From: Rhizobiaceae bacterium
Lineage (GTDB): Bacteria; Pseudomonadota; Alphaproteobacteria; Rhizobiales; Rhizobiaceae
DNA length: 43,315 nucleotides
Direction: 5' to 3'
Assembly (NCBI GenBank): GCA_051009635.1
Contig: JBPCWJ010000192.1
Location: 1-43,315, forward strand
The position numbers and the translations under genes are program-made. A model generated the notes under the pieces. The model did no database searches. It worked only from the letters and a program-made list of their open reading frames with translations, and had not been told where the DNA came from. How positions within the stretch are numbered: the first letter of the stretch is position 1; each line of letters begins with the position of its first letter. This document shows positions 1 to 9,100 of the stretch, piece after piece.

Positions 1-201
1 TCTATCAGCATTGCAGTATCCTGTTGATGTGCCTGATCAGTTCCAGATGGAGCGCTTATAATCTTGCACAAGGCACGATCATCATTAAATAGAGATCAAG
101 ACTACCAGCAGCTAGAAGCAATTTTTATCTGTAGTTATGCTATAAACGGGTTTCGCCTCGCAATCTGCAAACCGAATGCTGAACGAAAGGCAACAAACGT
201 C

Positions 202-459
202 ATGGTTCGTATTATCTTCCTTGCTTTGGTTGTTCTTATTGCTGTCTGCCTGGTTTATTTTCTGATGAACAGGATCAATTGGCGCCGCAGCATTCCCTAT
301 GCATTTCTGTTTTTGCCAGTTGGGATGGTCGCCTATTATCTGGACCATATGCACACTGCCATCATTGCATCAGTCGCAGGATTGGGATTTCTGGTCTACG
401 GACTGCTTTTCGAGGATAGCGATGACGGCAGCAATGAGGACGCCCATAAACAAGAATAA
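202..459 (+). CDS. Small integral membrane protein, hypothetical (85 aa from ATG 202; the track ORF begins at TTG 64)
   Basis: ORF 64..459. The internal ATG at 202 begins MVRIIFLALVVLIAVCLVYFL. There are three hydrophobic helix-length segments and an acidic tail, EDSDDGSNEDAHKQE. No clear SD and no recognisable family. Confidence 0.45.
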   Translation: MVRIIFLALVVLIAVCLVYFLMNRINWRRSIPYAFLFLPVGMVAYYLDHMHTAIIASVAGLGFLVYGLLFEDSDDGSNEDAHKQE

Positions 460-568
460 GATTGTTGCAGACAGTACTCGGGCGTCCGCCGCGATTGCGG
501 CAGACCATTTGCGCCGAACAAAAACCGGTGTTCAGACGGCCTCTATTCAAGATCTCCAGAATATGGTC

Positions 569-871
569 CTAGTAACCGTACCATCTGGGCCGGTTTAGCG
601 AATAGCCATATCCACTACGATCATTATATCGAAGGGCCCGATTTCGGGGACCGTAATACCGTCCATAACCGCCATAGTAACGGGGGGCATGGTAGCGGCG
701 GGGAGCATTGTAGCCATAGCCGCGATATCCGCCGTAATAGGGCTGATAATAACGGTAACCGGGCCCTCCATAATAGCCGTGAGCCATGCTCTGCGTGCTC
801 GCAGTAACCAGTCCGAATGCCAGCAAAGCCAGCAAGGCTGTATTTCTCAATCGTGAGGTCAGGATTTGCAT
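569..871 (-). CDS. Secreted Gly/Tyr/Arg-rich low-complexity protein (100 aa precursor, about 70 aa mature)
   Basis: The ATG at 871 (complement of cat 869-871) is preceded by AGGAG with an 8-nt spacer. The Sec-type signal peptide is MQILTSRLRNTALLALLAFGLVTASTQSMA. The mature part is HGYYGGPGYRYYQPYYGGYRGYGY...RPRWYGY. The track ORF (569..937) extends 22 codons further upstream without an SD. Confidence 0.7.
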   Translation of the reverse strand: MQILTSRLRNTALLALLAFGLVTASTQSMAHGYYGGPGYRYYQPYYGGYRGYGYNAPRRYHAPRYYGGYGRYYGPRNRALRYNDRSGYGYSLNRPRWYGY

Positions 872-1081
872 ATCGTTATCTCCTATCTTGGTTAAGGAAT
901 AACGCCCTGATGAAATTCTAGAGTATCCGCATAGCATTGCAAATCAATTTTGAAACTGAAAATTTGTTGCGATCAGCAGTTCCAGCTCCAGAACAAGGTT
1001 CTGTTTGGTTAGTCACCATGTTGGCGGTTCTGGTGGCATTTCCGGAATGTTGTGATTAGAATTGGCAAAAAGGAAGCATTT

Positions 1082-2839
1082 ATGGAACGACGTCTCGCCG
1101 CTGTTCTTGCTGCTGACGTGGTCGGGTATTCCCGCCATATGCGGTCCGATGAGGCAGGGACCCTTGCCATTCTCAATTCCCATCGTGAGGAAATTATCGA
1201 CCCCCAGGCACAACGCCATAATGGCCGTATCGTCAAGCTGATGGGCGATGGAATCCTGATGGAATTTTCCAGTGCAGTGGATGCTGTGGGCTTTGCCGTG
1301 GAAATGCAAAATGCGGTAACTGCGCGAAATCAGAACCTGCCGGATGAGCAAAACATCGTATACCGGATTGGCATCAATGTTGGTGACATCATTTTTGAAA
1401 AAGGCGACATATTCGGTGATGGTGTCAATATTGCTGCACGGCTGGAAGGAATAGCAGATAGCGGTGGTATTTGCATAAGCGGCACGGTTCATGACCAGGT
1501 TACGGGCAAACTGCCGCAAAAGCTGGTCTTTATGGGCGAGAAGGCACTCAAAAACATAGATGATCCGGTTCGCGCCTATAGTGTTGTCATTGATCAGATA
1601 CGGACTTCAGGAGATAAGGGCAGCGGCAAGGCTGCACTTGAGTTTGATCCACCGGACCGCCCGGCAATAGCGATCCTTCCATTTCAAAGTTTGGGGTCTG
1701 ATTCCGACAAGGATTATATCGCGGACGGTATCCGCTTCGGGATTTCAGCGACGCTGGTCCAGCTATCAGGGCTGTTCCTGGTTCATGCACCAGTGCTGAA
1801 CGGTTATCGGGAGAAAGATATTGGCGCACAAGCGGCAGGAACCGAGTTGGGTGTCCGCTATATTCTTGAAGGTGCCGTGCAACAGGCGGGGAGCCGTATT
1901 CGCGTAACGGTGCAGCTGACGGATACCGAGGCTCGGCGAACTATAATGGCCGAGAATTTTGATCGTGTTCTGGAAGACATTTTTCAGATGCAGGACGAGA
2001 TTACCCGCGAAATCATCTATGCGCTTAACATCAAGCTTGTGGCCAATGAAGTGGACAGGGTCTGGTTTGGCAAGCTTACACATCCCGAGGCCATTGAATC
2101 CTATTATCGCGGGGCGAGTCATTTCTACGAGCTCAACAAGGACGACAATGAGATTGCCAGGCAGATGTTCGAGCGGCTCTATCAGGCACAGCCGGAATCG
2201 GTGGTTGGTCCGAGTTATGTTGCAGTTACCCATTGGATGGATGCTTTCTTTGATTGGACAAACAATCCGTCACAATCAAAGGAACTGGACGCAGAATGGG
2301 CACAAAAGGCCATGGAATATGAGCAAAACAATGGTATCGGGCATGCTGTTTACGGACATCTGAAACTGGTGGAGCGCAAATTTGATGAAGCATTGGAGAT
2401 TTGTTCGAAAGGGACGAAACTTCGTTCCAGCTGCCCCTTGGCCCATGCTCTGCTTGGCCTTGTGCTAAATTTTCGCGGCAATGCGGATGGTGCTGTCAAA
2501 AGCGTGAAAGAAGCCTTGCAGCTCGAAAAGGTCTATCCCGCCTGGCTGATTGACATTCTTGCAGCGGCCTATCGTGATCGCGGTGATATTGATTTGTCCA
2601 TACCGGCGGCAGCCGAATCGATACGGCTAAACCCGAAAAATAACGATGCCCGGCTTATTCTTTGCAGCGATCACATATTCAACGGAAACAAGGATGAGGC
2701 AAAACAGGTCGCAGATCAGATTATCGCCGGTGATCCTGAATTTTCACTGACTGAGTATGAAAAGAACCTGCCTTACCAAAATCCAGCAGTGCTGGAAAAA
2801 CTGATAACTGCCCTTCGTGAAGCAGGTCTTCCTGATTGA
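1082..2839 (+). CDS. Class III adenylate/guanylate cyclase domain protein with a C-terminal TPR-like region
   Basis: The N-terminus RRLAAVLAADVVGYSRHM...GDGILMEF...GINVGDIIFEKGDIFGDGVNIAARLE is a typical class III cyclase catalytic core. The helical repeat region from about residue 330 onward is TPR-like. The ATG at 1082 has AGGAAG 5 nt upstream; the track ORF starts at GTG 1052. Confidence 0.85.
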   Translation: MERRLAAVLAADVVGYSRHMRSDEAGTLAILNSHREEIIDPQAQRHNGRIVKLMGDGILMEFSSAVDAVGFAVEMQNAVTARNQNLPDEQNIVYRIGINVGDIIFEKGDIFGDGVNIAARLEGIADSGGICISGTVHDQVTGKLPQKLVFMGEKALKNIDDPVRAYSVVIDQIRTSGDKGSGKAALEFDPPDRPAIAILPFQSLGSDSDKDYIADGIRFGISATLVQLSGLFLVHAPVLNGYREKDIGAQAAGTELGVRYILEGAVQQAGSRIRVTVQLTDTEARRTIMAENFDRVLEDIFQMQDEITREIIYALNIKLVANEVDRVWFGKLTHPEAIESYYRGASHFYELNKDDNEIARQMFERLYQAQPESVVGPSYVAVTHWMDAFFDWTNNPSQSKELDAEWAQKAMEYEQNNGIGHAVYGHLKLVERKFDEALEICSKGTKLRSSCPLAHALLGLVLNFRGNADGAVKSVKEALQLEKVYPAWLIDILAAAYRDRGDIDLSIPAAAESIRLNPKNNDARLILCSDHIFNGNKDEAKQVADQIIAGDPEFSLTEYEKNLPYQNPAVLEKLITALREAGLPD

Positions 2840-2954
2840 CGGCCACGCCGGAGAAGTGAAATTCGAAGCCTTTCGCCGGAATGCGGCTAATGTTGACTTA
2901 TGGCAGATCAGCATTTTCAATCTGTTCCGGCTTCAATCAATCAAAGGACCACCC

Positions 2955-3908
2955 ATGCCCTTTCCTCGTTCCCTGATCCATGAAACTGCGAAGAAACTTT
3001 CCAATTGGGGCCGGTGGGGTGATGATGACCAGATCGGTACGCTGAACAATATTGAGCCGGCAGATATTGTTGAAGCTGCCAAATTAATCCGCAAGGGCAA
3101 GGTGTTTGCACTTGGTTTGCCGCTAAAGGAACCAATACAGTCGGGCTTGTTTGGTGGGCGTTGGAATCCGATCCATCAAATGCTTGCCACCGGTACTGAT
3201 GCAGCAGCAGGAAAGCAGGATGGCGATGGAAAAAAATATCTGCGCTACGCGGATGATGCCATCAACATGCCGTGCCAGGCCTCGACGCAATGGGATGCGC
3301 TGGCCCACATCTTTCTCGATGACAAAATGTATAATGGCTATCCGGCGACTGACGTTTCAGTGGCTGGTGCCGCAAATCTCGGCATAGAAAATGTCCGCGA
3401 CAAAATGGTCGGGCGCGGAGTGCTGCTTGATATTGCCCGTTACAAGAAAACCGACAGCCTGGATGATGGATATCCGATTACAAATGATGATCTTGATGCT
3501 TGTGCAAAGGCGCAAAATGTCGAAATTCGCAAGGGCGATTTCGTCATTGTCCGGACAGGCCATCAGGAACGCTGCCTCAAAAATAATGACTGGAGCGGAT
3601 ATGCGGGCGGGGACGCGCCGGGACTGGCATTCGAGACCGCCCATTGGATCAAGGATAAGGACATTGCGGCTATTTGTGCAGACACCTGGGGTTGTGAAGT
3701 CAGGCCAAATGAAACCGATGAAGCCAATCAACCCTGGCATTGGGTGGTCATTCCGGCAATCGGTATTTCCATGGGAGAAATATTCTACCTGAAGGAACTT
3801 GCCGGGGATTGCGCTGATGATGGTGTTTATGAGTTCTTTTTTGTGGCACCACCACTCCATCTGCCCGGCGGATGCGGCTCACCCATAAATCCGCAGGCCA
3901 TAAAATAG
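2955..3908 (+). CDS. Cyclase-family protein (kynurenine formamidase-like metal hydrolase fold, putative cyclase family)
   Basis: MPFPRSLIHETAKKLSNWGRWGDDDQIGTLNNI... and the overall layout are typical of putative-cyclase family proteins. The ATG at 2955 is preceded by AAAGGA. The track ORF start (2817) overlaps the end of the upstream gene. Confidence 0.75.
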   Translation: MPFPRSLIHETAKKLSNWGRWGDDDQIGTLNNIEPADIVEAAKLIRKGKVFALGLPLKEPIQSGLFGGRWNPIHQMLATGTDAAAGKQDGDGKKYLRYADDAINMPCQASTQWDALAHIFLDDKMYNGYPATDVSVAGAANLGIENVRDKMVGRGVLLDIARYKKTDSLDDGYPITNDDLDACAKAQNVEIRKGDFVIVRTGHQERCLKNNDWSGYAGGDAPGLAFETAHWIKDKDIAAICADTWGCEVRPNETDEANQPWHWVVIPAIGISMGEIFYLKELAGDCADDGVYEFFFVAPPLHLPGGCGSPINPQAIK

Positions 3909-3988
3909 TTTACGCCCGGCTCTCTACGCCATTGCAGGTGATGGAAACAGACGGCGTGCCCAACTTGAACCGATCTCGGCGATCGCGT

Positions 3989-4612
3989 CTAATCACTTAT
4001 CGGCAGTGTCGCTACAAATTCCTGCAAATCAGATGTGGACGCGCTTTGTTGCGGTAATCTGTGGGCTATACCCTGATGGCAGGAAATGCAGGTCTTTTCT
4101 CCGGTAAACAGAAACCGCTCATGGGCTTCTGCAGCGCGCGTGCTTTGAAGTGTAATGTCCATACTGTCAGCCGAATGGCAATTGCGGCATTCCAGTGAAT
4201 CATTGGCCTCCATGCGGTCCCATTCATGCTGCGCCAGAATCTTGCGTTTGGCCTCGAATTTTTCCGGCGTGTTGATCGTACCAAAAATGGTGCCGTAGAT
4301 TTCCTTCGTTGCTGCCATCTTGCGAGCAATTTTTGAGGTCCAGTTATGCGGCACATGGCAGTCAGGGCAGGAGGCCCGCACACCGGAATTGTTGGTGTAA
4401 TGAACAGTTTGTTTCAGCTCCTGATAAACATTGTCATGCATTTCATGACAACCGATGCAAAAGGTTTCGGTATTGGTGGCTTCCAGAACGGTATTGAATC
4501 CGCCCCAGAAAATTACCCCCATGACAAACCCACCGACGGTCAGGAATCCCAGCGAAAGATGCGTGCTGGGCCGTTTTATAATCGACCAGGTTTTAGACAA
4601 GAATTGTTTCAT
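3989..4612 (-). CDS. napC: NapC/NirT-type membrane-anchored tetrahaem cytochrome c
   Basis: N-terminal TM helix ([21 protein letters not shown]) and four CxxCH motifs (CIGCH, CPDCH, CRNCH, CISCH). The ATG overlaps the napB stop (ATGA at 4610-4614). Confidence 0.95.
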   Translation of the reverse strand: MKQFLSKTWSIIKRPSTHLSLGFLTVGGFVMGVIFWGGFNTVLEATNTETFCIGCHEMHDNVYQELKQTVHYTNNSGVRASCPDCHVPHNWTSKIARKMAATKEIYGTIFGTINTPEKFEAKRKILAQHEWDRMEANDSLECRNCHSADSMDITLQSTRAAEAHERFLFTGEKTCISCHQGIAHRLPQQSASTSDLQEFVATLPISD

Positions 4613-5073
4613 CAGTTCCTGCCTTCTGTGCGTTGGATGTAGTCAAGCACCTCGTCAACATCGACAAAGACATTATCAACCAGCGGACGGGCATCTGATG
4701 AGGTCACGTGACATTGGGTGCAGAAATAACGCCGGGGCGATGCGGTAGCCAGGAACTGGCCATCACGATCCATGAAATGGGTAATGGATATCATCGGTGC
4801 CTGGCTGACCTCGATCGCAGTGCGGCTATGGCAGGTCATACACTGATTGACATTGGTATCGATCTGATACTTGTCGATCTTGTGGGGGATAATGGGCGGT
4901 TGTTCAGGATAGTTCCTGACCTGGCGGATATCGGTATTCTGCGTCTTGGCAATGGAAGGCGCGGATTCGCTTTCTGCCAGATCCGCCTTTCCGCGCAAGG
5001 TCGATATTTGATTTTCCGCCAGCGCCGTTGTCGCTGCAAACATCAGGATGATGGGTAAAATTATCTTTTTCAT
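4612..5073 (-). CDS. napB: Periplasmic nitrate reductase dihaem cytochrome c subunit
   Basis: Start at ATG 5073 ([19 protein letters not shown] signal peptide). Two CxxCH motifs (CMTCH, CTQCH). Lies 7 nt downstream of the napA stop, with GAGG inside the napA 3' end. The track ORF 4612..5316 is an N-terminal over-extension into napA. Confidence 0.93.
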   Translation of the reverse strand: MKKIILPIILMFAATTALAENQISTLRGKADLAESESAPSIAKTQNTDIRQVRNYPEQPPIIPHKIDKYQIDTNVNQCMTCHSRTAIEVSQAPMISITHFMDRDGQFLATASPRRYFCTQCHVTSSDARPLVDNVFVDVDEVLDYIQRTEGRN

Positions 5074-5080
5074 AGCTACC

Positions 5081-7579
5081 TCACACAGCCTCGATTCTGA
5101 CAGCACACTTCTTGAAATCGGTTTCTTTTGAAATCGGATCCGTTGCGTCAAGGGTGACCTTGTTGATGAGTTGGCTGGCATCAAACCAGGGAACAAATAC
5201 GAGTCCTCTGGGTGGCTTGTTCCTGCCGCGGGTTTCAACCCGTGTGATGATTGAGCCACGTCTCGATATGACCTTGATTTCCGAGCCGCGCCGCAATCCA
5301 AGTTCGGCTGCATCATCTACATGCATGTAGCAAAGTGCGTCCGGTACGGCTGAATACAGCTCGGGTACCCGCTGGGTCATCGAACCGGAGTGCCAATGTT
5401 CCAATACGCGGCCGGTTGAAAGCCAGAAAGGATATTCTTCATCGGGGCTTTCAGCAGGCGGCTCATAAGGCAATGCAAATATGATCGCCTTTCCATCCTT
5501 TTTGCCGTAGAACTGGAAGTCAGACCCGGCATCGACATAGGGGTCATGCCCTTCCTTGAACCGCCATAGCGTTTCCTTGCCGTCGACTACCGGCCATCTT
5601 AATCCCCGTTCCTTGTGATAGGTATCGAAATCTGCCAGATCGTGCGCCTTGCCGCGACCAAAGCTGGCATATTCCTCAAACAGTCCCTTTTGAATATAGA
5701 AACCGAAATCCTTTGATTCATGGTTTTCATATTCCGGGTCCATGTCGGACAACGGAAATGCATCTACCTGGCCATTTGTGAACAGGACTTCATAAAGGGT
5801 TTTGCCCTTGTATTCGGGATGGGCATCCAGCGTTTCTGCGTCCCAGACCTCTTCCGTCTTGAAGCGTTTGGAAAATTCCACGACCTGCCACATGTCGGAT
5901 TTTGATTCCCCGGGCGCATCGACAAGCTGTTTCCAGAATTGCGTACGACGTTCTGCATTGCCGTAGGCACCTTCCTTTTCAACCCACATTGCAGTGGGCA
6001 AAACAAGATCGGCTGCCTCTGCCGTCACCGTAGGATATGCATCGGAAACCACGATGAAATTGTCGGGATTGCGGTAGCCTGGATAGCCTTCCTCCATCAT
6101 GTTGGGAGCGGCCTGCATGTTGTTGTTGACCTGCACCCAGTAGCAATTGATCTTGCCGTCCTTCAGATGGCGGTTCTGCAGAACTGCATGTGCTCCCACC
6201 TTGGCCGGAATGGTTCCTGGAGGCAGTTTCCAGATTTTCTCGGCAATCTCGCGGTGCTTCTCATTGACGACCACCATGTCGGCCGGCAGGCGATGCGCAA
6301 AAGTACCGACTTCCCGCGCGGTGCCGCAGGCCGAGGGCTGTCCGGTCAATGAAAATGGTGAATTGCCGGGCTGGGAAATCTTCCCGGTCAACAGGTGGAT
6401 GTTATAGATCATGTTGTTGACCCACACACCGCGAGTATGCTGGTTGACGCCCATGGTCCAAAGCGACATGACCTTTACGTTTGGATTGGCATAAAGCTTT
6501 GCCATTTCTTCCAACCGGTTCGTCGGAACCCCAGACATTTCAGACGCCTTTTCAAGCGTGTATTCGCTGACATATTCAGCGAATTCCTCGGATGTCATTT
6601 CGGATGATCCGCCCGCCTTGGTGTTGTTTGCAGCCGCCTGCTCGAGCGGATGTTCGGGGCGAAGGCCATAACCGATATCGGTATTGCCGCGGCGGAAATT
6701 AACGTGCTTCTTGACGAAATCCTCGTTTACCGCACCATTCTGGATGATATAGTTGGCAATATAGTTCAATATCACCAGATCGGTCTGCGGCGTGAATATC
6801 ATGGGGATGTCAGCCAGATCGAAACTGCGATGCTTGAAAGTGGAGAGCACGGCCACTTTCACATGGGGGTGGCTGAATTTGCGATCGGCGATACGCGTCC
6901 ACAGAACCGGATGCATTTCAGCCATGTTCGAACCCCAGAGCACAAAGGCATCAGCGTGTTCGAAATCGTCATAACAACCCATTGGTTCATCAATGCCGAA
7001 AGTGCGGATGAAGCCAGCCACGGCAGAAGCCATGCAATGGCGGGCATTAGGGTCAATATGGTTCGAACGGAATCCGGCCTTGTACAGTTTGGCAGCAGCA
7101 TAGCCTTCCCAGACGGTCCATTGGCCAGAGCCAAACATGCCAACGCCTTCACCGCCCTTGGCCTTCAAGGTTGCCTTCCATTTCTCGGCCATGATGTCGA
7201 AGGCTTCGTCCCACGACACAGGTTCAAAATCGCCATTCTTGTCGTAGACACCGTTTTTCTTGCGCAGTAGTGGCTTGGTCAGCCGGTCCTTGCCATACAT
7301 GATCTTGGAGAGGAAATAGCCCTTCACGCAGTTAAGACCACGATTGACCGGAGATTTGCTGTCACCGTGGGTTGCCACCACGCGCCCGGCCTTGGTTGCA
7401 ACCATGATGGAGCAGCCGGTCCCGCAAAATCGGCAGGCGGCCTTTGACCATTTCAAATCAGTCAGTTTTGCATCCGTTACCAGGGATTGTGCGGCGGCAG
7501 GTAGTGGCAGGCTAATGGCCGCTGCTGCTGCGGCAACCGCCTGAGCCTTGATTACGTCCCTTCGTGTGGGCTGGGTCAT
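5081..7579 (-). CDS. napA: Periplasmic nitrate reductase catalytic molybdopterin subunit
   Basis: 832 aa. Tat signal [22 protein letters not shown]-terminal 4Fe-4S motif CRFCGTGCS. Full-length molybdopterin oxidoreductase pattern typical of NapA. Confidence 0.98.
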   Translation of the reverse strand: MTQPTRRDVIKAQAVAAAAAAISLPLPAAAQSLVTDAKLTDLKWSKAACRFCGTGCSIMVATKAGRVVATHGDSKSPVNRGLNCVKGYFLSKIMYGKDRLTKPLLRKKNGVYDKNGDFEPVSWDEAFDIMAEKWKATLKAKGGEGVGMFGSGQWTVWEGYAAAKLYKAGFRSNHIDPNARHCMASAVAGFIRTFGIDEPMGCYDDFEHADAFVLWGSNMAEMHPVLWTRIADRKFSHPHVKVAVLSTFKHRSFDLADIPMIFTPQTDLVILNYIANYIIQNGAVNEDFVKKHVNFRRGNTDIGYGLRPEHPLEQAAANNTKAGGSSEMTSEEFAEYVSEYTLEKASEMSGVPTNRLEEMAKLYANPNVKVMSLWTMGVNQHTRGVWVNNMIYNIHLLTGKISQPGNSPFSLTGQPSACGTAREVGTFAHRLPADMVVVNEKHREIAEKIWKLPPGTIPAKVGAHAVLQNRHLKDGKINCYWVQVNNNMQAAPNMMEEGYPGYRNPDNFIVVSDAYPTVTAEAADLVLPTAMWVEKEGAYGNAERRTQFWKQLVDAPGESKSDMWQVVEFSKRFKTEEVWDAETLDAHPEYKGKTLYEVLFTNGQVDAFPLSDMDPEYENHESKDFGFYIQKGLFEEYASFGRGKAHDLADFDTYHKERGLRWPVVDGKETLWRFKEGHDPYVDAGSDFQFYGKKDGKAIIFALPYEPPAESPDEEYPFWLSTGRVLEHWHSGSMTQRVPELYSAVPDALCYMHVDDAAELGLRRGSEIKVISRRGSIITRVETRGRNKPPRGLVFVPWFDASQLINKVTLDATDPISKETDFKKCAVRIEAV

Positions 7580-7863
7580 ATTACACTCCCTGCTTCCTTA
7601 TTGCCGGCTGGCAGGCCGGTCTCATTGGTCTCTTGATGATAAACAAGTGCGGCGCTTACGACGCCGGGCATCAGTTGAATTTTGGTCAATGCATCGACCA
7701 TCTCGCTCTCGTCGGGGGTTTCCAACGTAACGATCAGTTTTCCTCCGGGGCCACGCAAAGCAATTTCGGCAACGGGGAGAGCGTCGATTGCAGGCTCGAC
7801 AACATCCAGACGGTCCGGATCGGCGGTCACCACAATGCTGGAAATGTGGACTTGTTCATTCAT
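7576..7863 (-). CDS. napD: NapD chaperone for NapA maturation and Tat export
   Basis: 95 aa starting [12 protein letters not shown], a NapD-like ferredoxin-fold small protein. ATGA overlaps with both the napF stop (7860-7863) and the napA start (7576-7579). Confidence 0.85.
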   Translation of the reverse strand: MNEQVHISSIVVTADPDRLDVVEPAIDALPVAEIALRGPGGKLIVTLETPDESEMVDALTKIQLMPGVVSAALVYHQETNETGLPAGNKEAGSVI

Positions 7864-8375
7864 GATATTGGAGCCATTTCGGTTTGAATCTTGATTGCAC
7901 CGGCAGGGCATACCGACACACAGGCACCGCAAGCGGTGCATAATTCCGGTCTAACCTGTACTTTGCCCACGATCCCGGCCCTCATATCGAATTTCAGTGC
8001 CGCCTCATCACAGGCGTCTGTGCAGCTTTGGCAGGATATGCCGATGTTCAGGAGGCAGGCCGAGGTGATCTCGGCCTTCAAATCCCATGGATCGAGTTCA
8101 ACATCCTGAAAGACGTTTTCCTGGCAGGATTTGGCGCAGGCTCCGCAGAAGGTGCAGGCCCCATTACTGAAATCCACCGATGGTGTACCCGCCGGCCCCG
8201 AAATCAGGATTGCCTCCGGGCAGGCGCGAATACAGTCGCCACAGGATGTGCAATTTTCCCTAATCCGGTTTTCGGTCGACCATGGCGGTCTTTGAACCTG
8301 CCGCCGTAACATACGACCTCTTCCAGGCTGGACACCTGAACGCACCCTGTCTGCTCCTCCCCCGTCCGCCATCAT
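7860..8375 (-). CDS. napF: Ferredoxin-type protein NapF (multiple 4Fe-4S clusters)
   Basis: Conserved RPPW motif (VQRPPWS). Cys clusters CTSCGDCIRACP, CTFCGACAKSC, CQSCTDAC and CTACGACVSVCP. The start overlaps the napE stop (ATGA at 8372-8375). An internal start (MLRRQ) is possible. Confidence 0.88.
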   Translation of the reverse strand: MMADGGGADRVRSGVQPGRGRMLRRQVQRPPWSTENRIRENCTSCGDCIRACPEAILISGPAGTPSVDFSNGACTFCGACAKSCQENVFQDVELDPWDLKAEITSACLLNIGISCQSCTDACDEAALKFDMRAGIVGKVQVRPELCTACGACVSVCPAGAIKIQTEMAPIS

Positions 8376-8566
8376 TGTGTCGGCGGTCCGAACGCAAGTT
8401 GGCTCATCCAGATGAGGAACCCGTATCCTCCAACCAGCACCACGCTCAGAATTGGAGCAAGAAATACCGCAAGAAGAATAAAGACCCGTCTTTCCTGGGT
8501 TTTTGTAGGGATTGGTTGAGTCTCTGCAGTTGCGCTTGAAATGCCTGGCTCAGTGGCGTCTGACAT
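8372..8566 (-). CDS. napE: NapE small membrane protein
   Basis: 64 aa with a single TM (VFILLAVFLAPILSVVLVGGYGFLIW). First gene of the nap operon, as in alphaproteobacterial napE(F)DABC clusters. Confidence 0.8.
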   Translation of the reverse strand: MSDATEPGISSATAETQPIPTKTQERRVFILLAVFLAPILSVVLVGGYGFLIWMSQLAFGPPTQ

Positions 8567-8629
8567 GGTAATTCTGCCCTGAATATTCCTTAAATTCGGG
8601 ACAGTTTACCGGGGCCACAATGACCCGCT

Positions 8630-8643
8630 TTGACCTATGTCAA
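8630..8643. promoter_or_regulatory. FNR/Dnr/NnrR-type binding box TTGAC-N4-GTCAA upstream of napE
   Basis: The plus strand reads ttgacctatgtcaa, a perfect 5-4-5 palindrome matching the TTGAT-N4-ATCAA class consensus. Its centre is about 70 nt upstream of the napE ATG. A TAAACT -10-like hexamer (complement of 8603-8608) lies 22-27 nt downstream of the box, consistent with class II (-41.5) geometry. Confidence 0.6.
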
Positions 8644-8700
8644 GAAATGGCCTGTTAGGTCACGCTGGTGACAGAATCGGGGGAACAATCGGCAGGTTGT

Positions 8701-9078
8701 TTAGCCTTCTTCGGATTCGAAGACATTTCTCGCGGCGCGGAAACATTCCAATGCCTGCGGAACGCCACTGTAAATTCCAACGATGTGAATGATCGCCCTG
8801 ATTTCCTCTTTGGAGACGCCATTGTTCAATGCTCCCCTGCAATGGGTTTCCCATTCGGTCATTTTGCCAAGTGCGCCGATCATGGCGAGATTCATCATCG
8901 AACGGGTCCTGGGGTCTATAACGTCGTCGCCCCATCCGAACCCCCAGCACCAGGCGGTCATCGCCTCCTGGAAAGGGCGGGAAAATTCATCAGCAGCAGC
9001 AAGGTTTTTCTCGACATATTCCGCACCAAGCGTCGCCTTGCGCTGTGCCAGTCCTTTCTCGAATAGTTTCTGATCCAT
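8701..9078 (-). CDS. Carboxymuconolactone decarboxylase (CMD/AhpD-like) family protein
   Basis: 125 aa from ATG 9078 (GGAG 7 nt upstream): MDQKLFEKGLAQRKATLGAEYVEKN...TRSMMNLAMIGALGK..EWETHCRGALNNGVSKEEIRAIIHIVGIYSGVPQAL is a typical PcaC-like CMD domain. Confidence 0.85.
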   Translation of the reverse strand: MDQKLFEKGLAQRKATLGAEYVEKNLAAADEFSRPFQEAMTAWCWGFGWGDDVIDPRTRSMMNLAMIGALGKMTEWETHCRGALNNGVSKEEIRAIIHIVGIYSGVPQALECFRAARNVFESEEG

Positions 9079-9100
9079 GATAGCTCCGAAATTGTTGGCC

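Noticed and set aside
889-895. A fifth TGGTTAA copy, 18-24 nt upstream of the Gly/Tyr-rich protein gene, considered as evidence for a shared regulon with the N-acyltransferase promoter.
   Set aside because: About five chance occurrences of any 7-mer (both strands) are expected in 43 kb (2 x 43315 / 4^7). A single isolated copy therefore carries no weight.
5112-7544. Numerous plus-strand ORFs inside napA, for example 6650..7270 (206 aa) and 5939..6352 (137 aa). Similar antisense ORFs lie inside korA, korB and the GltD-like gene (for example 12406..13002, 15578..16063) and inside mscK (17088..17591).
   Set aside because: They are shadow ORFs opposite long, motif-rich, confidently assigned genes. 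Their translations are low-complexity or Arg/Cys/His-rich with no recognisable motifs, SD sites or operon logic.
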